A stretch of 64,000 nt of DNA from an uncultured virus (IMG/VR IMGVR_UViG_3300002460_002270) (IMGVR_UViG_3300002460_002270), one strand, 5' to 3'. Positions 1 to 9,376 are shown, counted from the stretch's first letter. The notes: generated from the sequence alone by a model not told the origin. Translations and numbers: made by a program.

Positions 1-195
1 AGGGGCGGAAGCGAGAAGGCGAGGTTCTCAGCGCTCTCTGTGCTAAGCTTGTAGTTCGCAGCTGTGTCCGCGAGCCATTGAGCGTCGCTTGATGTGCTCA
101 TTGTGCGGACATGCCCTATTTCCTATGTATTCGCGCTCGCGGAGGCGCTGCATGATGGCGGTGCAACAACATCATGCCGTGTTGTATGATGAAAC

Positions 196-465
196 ATGTC
201 ACATGATGCGAAAGCAGGCGACCTTTTTACGCACCCGCTTGCGGGTGCTTTGGTCGATGTCGTGCGGTTTCCGAGCAGATATGACCATTCAAGGGCGCAT
301 AAGGGCCGACATGATGTTGGGATGTTCATGGGACGCATAAAGAATGGCCTGCGAGGCGAGCATTATATCATAATGCTGTTGACGTTTGATGGGAGGCTCG
401 AGCAGCTCCTATTTGATGCGCGAGACGGTGATCGCATCGATGTGCTGCAGGGTGCCGCGCTGTGA
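196..465 (+). CDS. small paralogous-family protein (SH3/KOW-like barrel suspected)
   Basis: Shared pattern GALVDV...G(M)F...LTFDG...DGDRIDVL. Confidence 0.6.
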   Translation: MSHDAKAGDLFTHPLAGALVDVVRFPSRYDHSRAHKGRHDVGMFMGRIKNGLRGEHYIIMLLTFDGRLEQLLFDARDGDRIDVLQGAAL

Positions 466-704
466 CGATGCCGCTACCTGGGTCGTTGGTGCGCGTGTGC
501 ATCTTCCATTCAAGGCTCACATCCAAGAAAGGTGCCGTGTATATTGATGAATTTGGGCTGCTTCTGCGCGCCCGAAGGACCATGCCCTCCAGGTGTAGGG
601 TCACGTTTGTGACAGACAAGGGCGTGCTGCATGAGAACTGGCCCATCGATGAAGAGGATGGTGACTGTGTGAATGTGCTGTCAGACGCTGGTGAGATGCT
701 GTGA
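462..704 (+). CDS. small paralogous-family protein
   Basis: PGSLVRV...GLLL...TDKG...DGDCVNVLS; GTGA overlap with previous ORF. Confidence 0.6.
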   Translation: MTMPLPGSLVRVCIFHSRLTSKKGAVYIDEFGLLLRARRTMPSRCRVTFVTDKGVLHENWPIDEEDGDCVNVLSDAGEML

Positions 705-1298
705 TGCCCGCGCCGTCGTTCGGGTCGAGGACCCTCTCGAACCGTGCGCCAATAGCATGTGGGCAAACGTCTTCGGCCTCATCGCTCCCTGGCAATATGC
801 TGCAAATTGAAATGCTGCCCAGTTTTCGTCAGGCTTCTTCCACATGGGTCTTGATAGCTCATATGCTCTTATGATCTCTGCTCCTGGGACGATCCTAGTT
901 CCCTCAAAGTCCCGTGTGCCATCTTCAGCGTGTCTTACCATCCCAATAGCTGCAAACGAACCCTTCATGCGGAGAAAGCTCTCTTGCTCCCATTGGACTG
1001 AGTCGCCGGTGGTTGACTTGCAGCCTATCCTGGCGATTAGCATTCCGAATGGCTCATGCGTCTCATCAAAGATGTAGATGTCTCCAAACGCTGTGTCCAA
1101 TGTTGCCTGGTATGCAAACCCCTCACGTCTCTTGGCAACTGCTGTCAACACATCATCGATCCTGTGCAGCATTCTCAACGTGTATGCCCTCCAGCGCGCG
1201 GCGATAAGGACCGTGTTCAGCAACGCAACAAGCCAGTCCTCGAATGCCTCGCCCTGTCTGGCCTTCATGCTGCTTTCATCGTATCTCTCAATTGACAT
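681..1298 (-). CDS. hypothetical protein, possible PD-(D/E)xK nuclease fold
   Basis: Likely start ATG at 1298, 5 nt after a TACAAT box; GEAFEDW...GDIYIF...IGCKS spacing. Confidence 0.45.
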   Translation of the reverse strand: MSIERYDESSMKARQGEAFEDWLVALLNTVLIAARWRAYTLRMLHRIDDVLTAVAKRREGFAYQATLDTAFGDIYIFDETHEPFGMLIARIGCKSTTGDSVQWEQESFLRMKGSFAAIGMVRHAEDGTRDFEGTRIVPGAEIIRAYELSRPMWKKPDENWAAFQFAAYCQGAMRPKTFAHMLLAHGSRGSSTRTTARASQHLTSV

Positions 1299-1357
1299 GG
1301 TGAATTGTAACAACATAATGTCATATTGGAATGCGACATAAGAACAAATGCATGTTG

Positions 1358-1387
1358 GTGTAAAAGCAACAGCTGTGTTGTTATTAT
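1358..1387 (+). promoter_or_regulatory. class-A promoter GTGTAA-N18-TATTAT
   Basis: Same spacing recurs at 4729, 17256, 19751, 28157, 29635, 46595; ATG 7 nt downstream. Confidence 0.6.
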
Positions 1388-1394
1388 CTAGACC

Positions 1395-1658
1395 ATGGAT
1401 ACACCCTGGCCCGATGTGATGAAGTCCGGTGATCTCGTGCATGTGAGGTTGTTCTTTAACGTCCACGGACCAGCAGCAGGACAGCTCATGCAAGAGCACA
1501 TTGGGCTGTTGTTGGGACAAAGTCCTGATATTTCATCTGGGGGCCGAGCGAGGTCGAGCATTGTTGAGATCATTGGGTGCGATGGACGCTATAGGAAGCT
1601 GTTACTGGCCAGTGATGATGGAGACAGCATAAGCGTGCTCAATACGCTCAACGAATGA
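1395..1658 (+). CDS. small paralogous-family protein
   Basis: SGDLVHV...IGLLLG...GCDG...DDGDSISVLN. Confidence 0.6.
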   Translation: MDTPWPDVMKSGDLVHVRLFFNVHGPAAGQLMQEHIGLLLGQSPDISSGGRARSSIVEIIGCDGRYRKLLLASDDGDSISVLNTLNE

Positions 1659-1878
1659 TGTCCGTCGATATTTCTAGACGCCCGCAAGTGGGTGACATGA
1701 TACGTGTGTTATCGTATGACAGCTTCACAGAGGGCGTTGCCTTTGATGATGTTGGCATCCTCCTGGCGACGGGTTATCTATCACTGCAATTGCTTGACGT
1801 TGGGGCCGCGATATATTGTTCGATCAAGATGATAGTGATCGCCTCTATGTCATTAGCAGGCTGACAGATGCAGTGTAA
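1655..1878 (+). pseudogene. frameshifted small paralogous-family member
   Basis: N-half VGDMIRV...VGILL in one frame; family C-terminus GRDILFDQDDSDRLYVISR in the -1 frame from about 1804, stop 1876-1878. Confidence 0.55.
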
Positions 1879-2092
1879 TAAAGATGACCTACATACAGGC
1901 GACCTGGTGCGCGTCATGACGTTCACGAATTTCGAGGGCAGAGAGATCGTCGTGTGCGATGTCATGGGCATCTACATATCACATGAGCCCTGGCGGGTCA
2001 CAGTCCTCACATCCACGAGTGAGTTGTATGCTGCCTATTTCGTCGAGGCTGACGGTGATGTCATAGATGTGATCCAGCCTGCTGTGGGTTGA
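1868..2092 (+). CDS. small paralogous-family protein
   Basis: TGDLVRV...MGIYI...ADGDVIDVIQ. Confidence 0.6.
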   Translation: MQCNKDDLHTGDLVRVMTFTNFEGREIVVCDVMGIYISHEPWRVTVLTSTSELYAAYFVEADGDVIDVIQPAVG

Positions 2093-2130
2093 TCTGTCTG
2101 CTGGCTATCATATAGCAATAATTATGAGAC

Positions 2131-2814
2131 ATGCAACTTATAGCGTCATTCATAGAGCGCGTGCTCCAGGAAGGACGCTGGGAGCATGAGACGACACAAG
2201 CCTCACGTGTCATTATGGGTCGCATACGTCAAATGGTGGACGAAAGACGACTTGAGCCCATAGAGACCTCTATCGAAGGAATGCGTTACATCATGTCTGT
2301 CAAGCGAGGCCGGTCGCTTAATGTCTCAGGCACGTATGTGTTTGCATCAGATGATCGGCAGCCCAGGATCGAGCTCACTGTCCATATCCCTCGTGGCTGG
2401 AGCATCGATAGGTTTAAAGACAACCTAAGCGATATGCAGCATGACCTGAAGACAACGGTCAGGCATGAGCTTGAGCATGCCGCACAGGATCGTGCAGGAC
2501 GCATGACAAGCAGCTACGGCGATGTCGATCCCTCGTTACGAGGCTATAACTACATGAGAGCCATCATGCTATACTTTCTTGACCGTTCTGAGCTAGAGGC
2601 TGTAGCAGCACACCTGTATAAAGGCGCAAAAATGAAGAAGCAGCCTGTAGGGAATGAATTGGATGAGCTTTTGGACCTTGTTGAGAAGAGCATGCTACGA
2701 AGGGATGTTGACAACATGCTTGCACGTGCTGCAACAGCTAAGATAGAGAAAGCGCTTCGTGACGAGATGATGAAGAGATTCCCCAGGGCTGTGTTCGATG
2801 TCACTCGATCGTGA
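2131..2814 (+). CDS. putative Zn metallopeptidase-like (HExxH) protein
   Basis: RHELEH plus downstream ELEA; TAATTA 6 nt upstream. Confidence 0.55.
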   Translation: MQLIASFIERVLQEGRWEHETTQASRVIMGRIRQMVDERRLEPIETSIEGMRYIMSVKRGRSLNVSGTYVFASDDRQPRIELTVHIPRGWSIDRFKDNLSDMQHDLKTTVRHELEHAAQDRAGRMTSSYGDVDPSLRGYNYMRAIMLYFLDRSELEAVAAHLYKGAKMKKQPVGNELDELLDLVEKSMLRRDVDNMLARAATAKIEKALRDEMMKRFPRAVFDVTRS

Positions 2815-3043
2815 CGCAGCTATTGAACCTGCTAATGACAGCAACGTCATCCCTCTGCCTAAAGAGACTGATCTCTGTCGTTGTTCCATCACGCCGCAGT
2901 ATCTTAAACCAGCATGCAGCGGTCCTTAGCTTTGACCCCAGCATGATGCCCAACTCTGCTCCCTCAGGGAATAGCCTCAGCTCAATGAGGTCGCCCTGCT
3001 GACAAAGCGTGAACATTCGTTCACAATGGGCTTTGTGTGTCAC
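2801..3043 (-). CDS. small paralogous-family protein
   Basis: QGDLIEL...LGIMLG...RRDG...DDVAVIS. Confidence 0.55.
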   Translation of the reverse strand: MTHKAHCERMFTLCQQGDLIELRLFPEGAELGIMLGSKLRTAACWFKILRRDGTTTEISLFRQRDDVAVISRFNSCVTIE

Positions 3044-3300
3044 TCTACGTCCGCGAGCGATGACATAACGTCTAATGTATCACCATCATACGTCCTAAAC
3101 GCAATGTTCCTCTCATTTCCGTCGCCGTCCAGGATGATGAGATGCCCATACGCTGCGATGGAGCTCATTGTGATGTCATGGTGAAGCAGCAGGCCTGTGA
3201 TGTCATGCACAGTGGGCCCAAGCCACGCCACGCGCGTCACAACGTGCACAAGGTCACCAAGAGAGGGTAGCTTAAACTTATTCAAGCCTGTGATAATCAT
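3040..3300 (-). CDS. small paralogous-family protein
   Basis: LGDLVHV...TGLLLH...DGDG...YDGDTLDVMS. Confidence 0.6.
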   Translation of the reverse strand: MIITGLNKFKLPSLGDLVHVVTRVAWLGPTVHDITGLLLHHDITMSSIAAYGHLIILDGDGNERNIAFRTYDGDTLDVMSSLADVE

Positions 3301-3399
3301 ACACCCGTTTAATGGAAGAATACACAGGGTGCACGCGAGCGATTATCATTTGCAAACAGGTCGGTGCACATACAATGAGCTGTTGTTTATGATAGCATG

Positions 3400-3702
3400 A
3401 TGGACATGAAGCACAACAGGACAAGGCGTGTCCCAAGTTCCGTCATATCTGTCACTGACGCCCACGGGACGCTGATTGAGCCTGGTTCAATGCTAAGGCT
3501 ATCAGACCGCCATGGGTCCATCGTGCTATATCTGGGTCTCGTTGTCGCCGCATTCGAGAGGGTCAGGGCCAGGCATGGAAAGTCGAAGCTACACAAGCAT
3601 GGGCTAGCAGCCGCCTTGTTGTTTTGTGATGGAAGGCTTGAGACTGTCAATCGCTCAATGCTGTGCGGATGTGAGATCGTGTGCTATGGATTTAGGACAT
3701 AG
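3400..3702 (+). CDS. hypothetical protein (possible divergent family member)
   Basis: EPGSMLRL...LYLGL...FCDG; TATGAT 6 nt upstream. Confidence 0.45.
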   Translation: MDMKHNRTRRVPSSVISVTDAHGTLIEPGSMLRLSDRHGSIVLYLGLVVAAFERVRARHGKSKLHKHGLAAALLFCDGRLETVNRSMLCGCEIVCYGFRT

Positions 3703-3904
3703 GCTGCCAGTCGGTGCGCTCGTCAGGCTGTTTCTCTACGAGGACGTTGAGTTTCCGACTGAGCATGAGGGCATCATCCTTTCACAGCGTGGCAAACGAA
3801 ATGACGTCATTGAACTCTTAACGACTGACGGAGAATTCATCACGTTGCTGTGGTATCCTGACGACGGTGATTTCATTGAGGTGCTGTCCAACAGATCATG
3901 CTGA
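3686..3904 (+). CDS. small paralogous-family protein
   Basis: VGALVRL...EGIILS...TTDG...DDGDFIEVLS. Confidence 0.6.
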   Translation: MDLGHRLPVGALVRLFLYEDVEFPTEHEGIILSQRGKRNDVIELLTTDGEFITLLWYPDDGDFIEVLSNRSC

Positions 3905-4200
3905 AGCCGAAGCACACGAGGATGATATCGCTGCGATGCATCCGCAGGCTTGAGGCGTTTGAGAAGTATTTTCAGGATGAGATTGTCGGCCTTCCTGAGG
4001 GAGTGATGTGGTATACGGGTCACATTCGAGGATATCCTTCTCCAGGCAACCATGACACGCGTGATGCTGACAGCAGAGATGCCGCACATAGCAGACGCAT
4101 AAAGAGACAGATAGTTGGATCGATAAAGAGACCCGACATGCGACGATATTATGAGCTCATGTTTGAACGTGAGTTTGTCTACAACACACATCGGTATTGA
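3898..4200 (+). CDS. hypothetical protein
   Basis: 100-aa ORF tiling with neighbours. Confidence 0.5.
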   Translation: MLKPKHTRMISLRCIRRLEAFEKYFQDEIVGLPEGVMWYTGHIRGYPSPGNHDTRDADSRDAAHSRRIKRQIVGSIKRPDMRRYYELMFEREFVYNTHRY

Positions 4201-4236
4201 TGATACATTTGGTCACAGCCAGGTTATGATTGGACC

Positions 4237-4473
4237 ATGATTAACATCACAGATGAAGAGTTTGTTAGGCTTTGGGAAACGTCAGAGAGACGTGATGATG
4301 TAGCGCAAGCATGCGGCTGCACAGGACCTGTCGCTGGAATGCATGCATCGCGCCTTCGACGTGCCGGGGTCCAGCTCAAGCGTTTTGCGCGGGGCAGGAG
4401 CAAGGGCAAGGGCGCGCAGAGGATCGTGGATGTTGATGGGTTGAATGGCATCATTACGTCACTTAAGGCATAA
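4237..4473 (+). CDS. small HTH-like DNA-binding protein
   Basis: FVRLWE...DVAQACG...ASRLRRAGVQLKRFARG matches the repeat unit of 14688-15635. Confidence 0.6.
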   Translation: MINITDEEFVRLWETSERRDDVAQACGCTGPVAGMHASRLRRAGVQLKRFARGRSKGKGAQRIVDVDGLNGIITSLKA

Positions 4474-4728
4474 CGTCCTGTTGCATCCCCCGCATGCCAG
4501 TGCGATCAATCCGCTCACGTGCGGCTACGCTACGATCGCCCGTTGGCCCCAACGTCTGCAGCATCTCTGGTATAGGAAAGAGCATCTCTGGAACAGGCGC
4601 CGGGCAGCCCTACAAAGAGGTGATATATGGGCTGCAAACACATTCCTGAACATGATACTAGGCATCAGGCTTGAGATGCGGCGCGTATCATTGCAGGTGA
4701 ACGTCCGAGGCTTTAGGGTGTTATAGAT

Positions 4729-4758
4729 GTGCAATCATACGCTTGTCTGGTGTATGAT
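4729..4758 (+). promoter_or_regulatory. class-A promoter GTGCAA-N18-TATGAT (leaderless)
   Basis: ATG at 4764, 5 nt after the -10 box. Confidence 0.55.
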
Positions 4759-4763
4759 TGACC

Positions 4764-5780
4764 ATGCAACGAAAGCTTGCCTCTATCCAACGCATAGATG
4801 CACTCACACCAATAGACGGGGCTGACAGAATCGAGCGGGCCCACGTCCTGGGCTGGACCGTCGTGGTCAGGAAGGGAGAGTTCCAGGAGGGTGACCTCTG
4901 CGTCTTCTTTGAGATAGACTCGCACCTCCCATCTGACGCGCCTTGGACCCAGTTCATGGCACAGCATGGGTTTCGTGTGAGGACAGCAAAGCTCAGAGGA
5001 TGCCTGTCCCAGGGGCTTGCGTTGCCCATCAGCATCCTAGAGAGAGGCATCGACATACCAACCTGCGTGCCCGATCATGTGCTGATCGGAAATGACGTAA
5101 CATCAGCCCTAAGCGTGACAAAATATGAGCCTCCCCTGCCCATCGGTGGTGATGTTGCAGGACCCTTTCCAGGTGAGGTCCCCAAGACTGATGAGATGCG
5201 CGCCCAGAGCTTTCCAAGCGTCATCGATGAGATCAGACAGGATGCATTCTACGCGACTGTGAAACTTGATGGCACGTCTGCGACATTCCTGCGTCGTGAA
5301 GAGGGTCTCATCGTCTGCTCGAGGAACTGGGCACTCAAGGATGGAGACAACGCGTACTGGAGCGTCGCCAGGCGATACGGGCTTGAGCGCCTTCCTATCG
5401 GGATGTGCGTGCAGGGTGAGCTCTGCGGGCCCGGGATACAGAAGAACAGACTTGGATTGGGCTCACTGGACCTGTTCATCTTTGATGCGTTCGATACGCT
5501 GTCAGGCACCTACCTGCGTCGTGTGGAACTTGAGCAGCTCTGTAAACGTATGGATCTGAAGTGTGTCCCTCTTGCTGCATGCTTCGACAAGGATGAGGCC
5601 TCTGCGTTCACGCTTGACATGCTCCTCACGCTCGCTGAGGGCACCTACGAGGGCATAGAAAGTCCAAGGGAGGGCATCGTCATCAGGCCCGTAGAGGAAC
5701 GTCGATCTGCTACGCTGGGTGGAGGTAGGCTGAGCTTTAAGGTCATCTCAAACAGCTTCCTCCTTGCTGGTGGAGACTAA
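4764..5780 (+). CDS. ATP-dependent RNA ligase, DRB0094-like
   Basis: N-terminal RKLASIQRI...PIDGADRIE...LRGCLSQGL; motif I KLDGTS, GELCG, REGIVIR, SFKVIS. Confidence 0.9.
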   Translation: MQRKLASIQRIDALTPIDGADRIERAHVLGWTVVVRKGEFQEGDLCVFFEIDSHLPSDAPWTQFMAQHGFRVRTAKLRGCLSQGLALPISILERGIDIPTCVPDHVLIGNDVTSALSVTKYEPPLPIGGDVAGPFPGEVPKTDEMRAQSFPSVIDEIRQDAFYATVKLDGTSATFLRREEGLIVCSRNWALKDGDNAYWSVARRYGLERLPIGMCVQGELCGPGIQKNRLGLGSLDLFIFDAFDTLSGTYLRRVELEQLCKRMDLKCVPLAACFDKDEASAFTLDMLLTLAEGTYEGIESPREGIVIRPVEERRSATLGGGRLSFKVISNSFLLAGGD

Positions 5781-5785
5781 CGCTC

Positions 5786-5980
5786 ATGCACAGCCACTCG
5801 CAGATATGTAGACGTATGAAAGAGAGCTTCTACGTGATGGACTATGACGAAGCAATCGACGTGCTTGAACGCATGAGTGATGTTATCTGGTCTGATGACG
5901 GCTCCGACGCGATCGTAGATGCCCTTCGCAACCTGCTTGACTTGACCCTTTTAGACATTGACGAAGGGCCCAATGGATAA
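5786..5980 (+). CDS. hypothetical protein
   Basis: Short acidic ORF in operon context. Confidence 0.4.
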   Translation: MHSHSQICRRMKESFYVMDYDEAIDVLERMSDVIWSDDGSDAIVDALRNLLDLTLLDIDEGPNG

Positions 5981-6269
5981 GCTTCAGAAGAGGGCACTGT
6001 TGCGTGAGTTCATCAGGTCGCATCTCGGGTCCATGATGGGTCTGAATAGACAGGTCACAATGAATGCCCTGGTAGACGTTCATTCCATGCCGACGTTCAG
6101 CATGCCATGTGATACCGATGATACTGGGAACCAGCCTGACGACGTGTCCTGGAGCTCACCCATGAACCTGCAGGCCTCCGTTATTGACCGCCTAAGGGGT
6201 AACATGGTGCCACAGGATGATGGACCAGATGAGCCCCTAGAGAATGATATCGATGATGGTGCCGTGTAG
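5973..6269 (+). CDS. hypothetical protein
   Basis: N-terminal LLREFIR motif shared with other ORFs in the window. Confidence 0.5.
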   Translation: MDKLQKRALLREFIRSHLGSMMGLNRQVTMNALVDVHSMPTFSMPCDTDDTGNQPDDVSWSSPMNLQASVIDRLRGNMVPQDDGPDEPLENDIDDGAV

Positions 6270-6305
6270 CTTTACGTCTTCCTCTCTTTCGCGTATGGTT
6301 GCATC

Positions 6306-6884
6306 ATGGATGACATCAGGCTGATCGCGCTGCTCGACCGCATCTCTGCTGCTGCACGTGAGTTCGTGCTCGTCAGCGATAGTGTGCTGGCGTTAGAGGG
6401 TTCGTTGCAGGCACGTGACGGTGTGGTCACAGATGAGTGGCAGACGTGCTCTCTGTTGTCTGCGTTCATTAACTTCATCGGCGAACGAGAGCGCGTCCGC
6501 TACGGGCACTGGGCCCATGACCTCGAGCGCAAGAACAATGCGTCGAAGGCACGCGATGCAATGAGCGTCGCAAACAGGATGAGCGTCTGCTCGATCCAGC
6601 TCGACGATGCACCGGATGAGCTCAAGGCGCTGGTGGGGTCGTTCAATGAGAATGATAGGAAGCTCAAGGCGTTGGAGCTCAACAGACCCGATGCCTACTC
6701 CAGTGAGCAGGACGATGACGATGAGCGCCTCGAGAAGAAGCGGTCATGGATGCTGTCCCGGCGCGTCATGATAGAGGTAGAGGCAAAGCTGATCGATCGC
6801 ATCCTACAGCTAGAGCATGTAAGAGATGATGCAGGATACACAGAAGAACAACCAGCTGACACAACCAACAAGACCGACGCTTGA
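6306..6884 (+). CDS. hypothetical helical protein
   Basis: 192 aa; TTTACG-N17-TATGGT box ends 6 nt upstream. Confidence 0.6.
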   Translation: MDDIRLIALLDRISAAAREFVLVSDSVLALEGSLQARDGVVTDEWQTCSLLSAFINFIGERERVRYGHWAHDLERKNNASKARDAMSVANRMSVCSIQLDDAPDELKALVGSFNENDRKLKALELNRPDAYSSEQDDDDERLEKKRSWMLSRRVMIEVEAKLIDRILQLEHVRDDAGYTEEQPADTTNKTDA

Positions 6885-7422
6885 CATCGTCGCATTTCCT
6901 GATGCGCGTCTAAGGCAGGTCTCTGTTCCTGTCGTCTCAATAACGCCAGACGATCGGACGCTGATTGAGGCGATGCTCAATACGATGGAGCTGATGGAGG
7001 GCGTGGGCCTTGCGGCGCCACAGGTGGGCGTCAGCAGGAGGATAGTCGTTGTTGACGTGCCTGCGCTCGATGCCTATGAGGGAAGCGTTGGCAGCGTGAC
7101 GCATGGTAGGTTCGTCCTTGTGAACCCATCGATTGTGGCGCAGGAGGGAGAGATGACGTGGCGCGAAGGGTGCCTGTCCGTCTCCAGCGTTGAAGAGGAT
7201 GTAAAGAGACATGCAATTGTTGATGTGCTGGCCACCAATGAGGAGGGCAGGCAGGTGGAGTTCAGGGCGTCAGGGCTGCTTGCTGCATGCATCCAGCACG
7301 AGATCGACCATCTCGACGGCGTGCTGTTCATAGACAGGCTGTCGAGGTTACGGCGTGACATCGTGCTTCGCAGGTTGAAGAAGGAACAGAGGGCCAGCTT
7401 AAGGCTGGGCGGTGGCGGTTGA
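6826..7422 (+). CDS. def: peptide deformylase
   Basis: GVGLAAPQVG, EGCLS, QHEIDHLDG motifs; true start may lie further downstream. Confidence 0.95.
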   Translation: MMQDTQKNNQLTQPTRPTLDIVAFPDARLRQVSVPVVSITPDDRTLIEAMLNTMELMEGVGLAAPQVGVSRRIVVVDVPALDAYEGSVGSVTHGRFVLVNPSIVAQEGEMTWREGCLSVSSVEEDVKRHAIVDVLATNEEGRQVEFRASGLLAACIQHEIDHLDGVLFIDRLSRLRRDIVLRRLKKEQRASLRLGGGG

Positions 7423-8166
7423 TGAGACGATGTCTAGCACCTTTGCTGCGTCGACGAGGTCCCTCACGACTGTGATGCTGACGCCCCTAGACAACGACTC
7501 AAGGATGGGTTGTGTTCCTTCCTTATCATGCGTTGGGATTGAGCATAGCATGCTGACAAGGTCGCCGCTTGAGTCAAACACGCCTGAGCCTGAGGAGCCT
7601 GGGACAGTGGGTAACGTGAAGACATGCATGCCGCCCAGCATTCCTGAATACACACCTATGAACGTGGGCACCATCTCAGGTGCGTAGTATCCACCCGGGG
7701 CTGCAATGTTGTAGATGACCTGCCCGCGCTTGAGCGGGCTGTCCGATAGCTTGGCTGGGTTTATGTCATTGGGCATTCCTTTCACACTCAACAGGCATGC
7801 GTCATCCTCGTTTGACACAGCATGGAGGCGTGCCTTGTGCTGCCTTCCGTGAATGTCAAACGCATAGAAGACGTGGCCCACGGAGTTGGAGCTTGTGCTC
7901 GTCCTGTTGCAAAAGTGCCGCGCAGTCAGCACGAACCCAAGCCCTGGGTCCCTTGCTGACCTGTGGACGAACACGCCTGAGCCGGACAGTATCGATATGT
8001 CGTCACATGTCTCGCAGACATCACCGTGGACGATCACGCCCTTCAGCAGCATGAATGACTCATACGGGACGTTGATTACGTCGTTCCCCTGTGTGAGATG
8101 CCTGCAGCTTAACCCGCTGGAAAGCATGCAACAGATGAATATGAAGAACGCGAGCATGTGTCTCAT
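7399..8166 (-). CDS. trypsin-like serine protease with N-terminal signal/lipoprotein-like segment
   Basis: LTARHFC, DACLL, GSSGSGVF catalytic triad motifs. Confidence 0.8.
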   Translation of the reverse strand: MRHMLAFFIFICCMLSSGLSCRHLTQGNDVINVPYESFMLLKGVIVHGDVCETCDDISILSGSGVFVHRSARDPGLGFVLTARHFCNRTSTSSNSVGHVFYAFDIHGRQHKARLHAVSNEDDACLLSVKGMPNDINPAKLSDSPLKRGQVIYNIAAPGGYYAPEMVPTFIGVYSGMLGGMHVFTLPTVPGSSGSGVFDSSGDLVSMLCSIPTHDKEGTQPILESLSRGVSITVVRDLVDAAKVLDIVSSTATAQP

Positions 8167-8447
8167 GCACATAACTATGTCCCATCTCTTATGAGATTGT
8201 GGTGAACAAAGCCGAGGCTGCGGTATACTATATCAAGATAGGACAAGGGTCCAGAATGACTGCGTTATATCAAGCTAACAGATGCTATCCATCGTGGCAT
8301 AATAGCCCGAAACAGCCCTCCTTCATTGGGCACGATAGCACAAAGGAGCTGGCTCTAACGTAGGGCTCCCACCGTCTCAAGCAGCCATTGGCCGTCTTGG
8401 GGCGGCAAGGGTGGTTGTTTGAAAACCGAATAATCCACAGTTCCGAA

Positions 8448-8507
8448 GCGGAGTGTGTTGAGCAGACCCTAGCGGGTCATGGGTTTGAGCCCCATCTCCT
8501 CGCACCA
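8448..8507 (+). pseudogene. degenerate tRNA-like element
   Basis: T-arm ATGGG-TTTGAGC-CCCAT and 3' CTCCTCGC-ACCA; GACCC/GGGTC stem with 4-nt loop; no D-arm. Confidence 0.35.
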
Positions 8508-8535
8508 GCGCGAAAGCCCTGGCGGAACCCGATGC

Positions 8536-8607
8536 GCCCATGTAGCATAATGGTGATGCAGCTGATTTGTAATCAGCAGATTGCACGTTCGAGTCGTGTC
8601 ATGGGCT
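8536..8607 (+). tRNA. tRNA-Thr(TGT)
   Basis: GCCCATG/CATGGGC; GCTGA-TTTGTAA-TCAGC. Confidence 0.9.
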
Positions 8608-8612
8608 TGTAT

Positions 8613-8687
8613 GTCGTTTGGAGGCAGATTAGTAAGCCGCCTGGCTGTGAACCGGGTGCTAGCGGGGGCAGAACCCGTCAAACGACC
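8613..8687 (+). tRNA. tRNA-His(GTG)
   Basis: GTCGTTT/AAACGAC; CCTGG-CTGTGAA-CCGGG; T-loop GGCAGAA. Confidence 0.8.
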
Positions 8688-8691
8688 TCTT

Positions 8692-8766
8692 GCCTGTGCG
8701 GTCCAGCCCGGAGTGGACGCCTCCCTGTCACGGAGGAGACCATGGGTTCAAATCCCATCATGGGCG
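8692..8766 (+). tRNA. tRNA-Asp(GTC)
   Basis: CCTCC-CTGTCAC-GGAGG; TTCAAAT T-loop. Confidence 0.9.
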
Positions 8767-8775
8767 TGATGAATA

Positions 8776-8855
8776 TGGGTCGGTGGTGTAAAAAGAGTAA
8801 TGGTAGCACACCACCTTTGCGGTGGTGATGGAGGTTCGAATCCTTCCCGACCCAT
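8776..8855 (+). tRNA. tRNA-Gln(TTG), enlarged D-loop
   Basis: TGGGTCG/CGACCCA; CCAC-CTTTGCG-GTGG; TTCGAAT. Confidence 0.65.
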
Positions 8856-8858
8856 CAT

Positions 8859-8946
8859 GGAGAGTTGCTTGAGCATGGTAAGAGACCGGTTTGCTAAACC
8901 GAGGTCGGGCAACACGCCCGCGGGGGTTCAAATCCCTCACTCTCCG
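8859..8946 (+). tRNA. tRNA-Ser(GCT)
   Basis: GGAGAGT/ACTCTCC; loop TTGCTAA; long variable arm. Confidence 0.9.
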
Positions 8947-8996
8947 CTATGAAGTGTGAATACGGATAGGGATGCCGCGGAGACACGGTCTACTGC

Positions 8997-9269
8997 GTGG
9001 TCCATGAGGGCAGGGTCAAGAGGATAACGTTCAGCAGGTCCCTGGCCGAGCATGTTATAGAGCGTGCAGGTAAGGGACGCGTTGAGAGGTTTGACGTCGT
9101 CCTGGGACGGGCGTTGGACATGGGTGAGACAAGCAGCTCTGGGCTGTATGCGCTTATCAGAACAAAGAACGGGCGTGTCCTTCGTGTTGCAACGTCGTTT
9201 GAAGAGGCTGACCTCCTATGTGACTACGTGTCGCGGTGTCTTTATGAGGCACGTCTTGTTATGATATGA
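8997..9269 (+). CDS. hypothetical protein (start uncertain)
   Basis: In-frame ATG at 8949 is separated from this ORF by a single TAG at 8967-8969. Confidence 0.5.
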   Translation: MVHEGRVKRITFSRSLAEHVIERAGKGRVERFDVVLGRALDMGETSSSGLYALIRTKNGRVLRVATSFEEADLLCDYVSRCLYEARLVMI

Positions 9270-9276
9270 AAATGAC

Positions 9277-9350
9277 GCGGGCATGATGTTAACGGACTAG
9301 CATGTTAGCCTTCCAAGCTAAATGTGTGGGTTCAAATCCCACTGCCTGCT
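9277..9350 (+). tRNA. tRNA-Gly(TCC)
   Basis: TTAGC-CTTCCAA-GCTAA; U73; G3.U70 pair. Confidence 0.9.
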
Positions 9351-9376
9351 CTCTTTGAAAATTGAATACAACCCTT

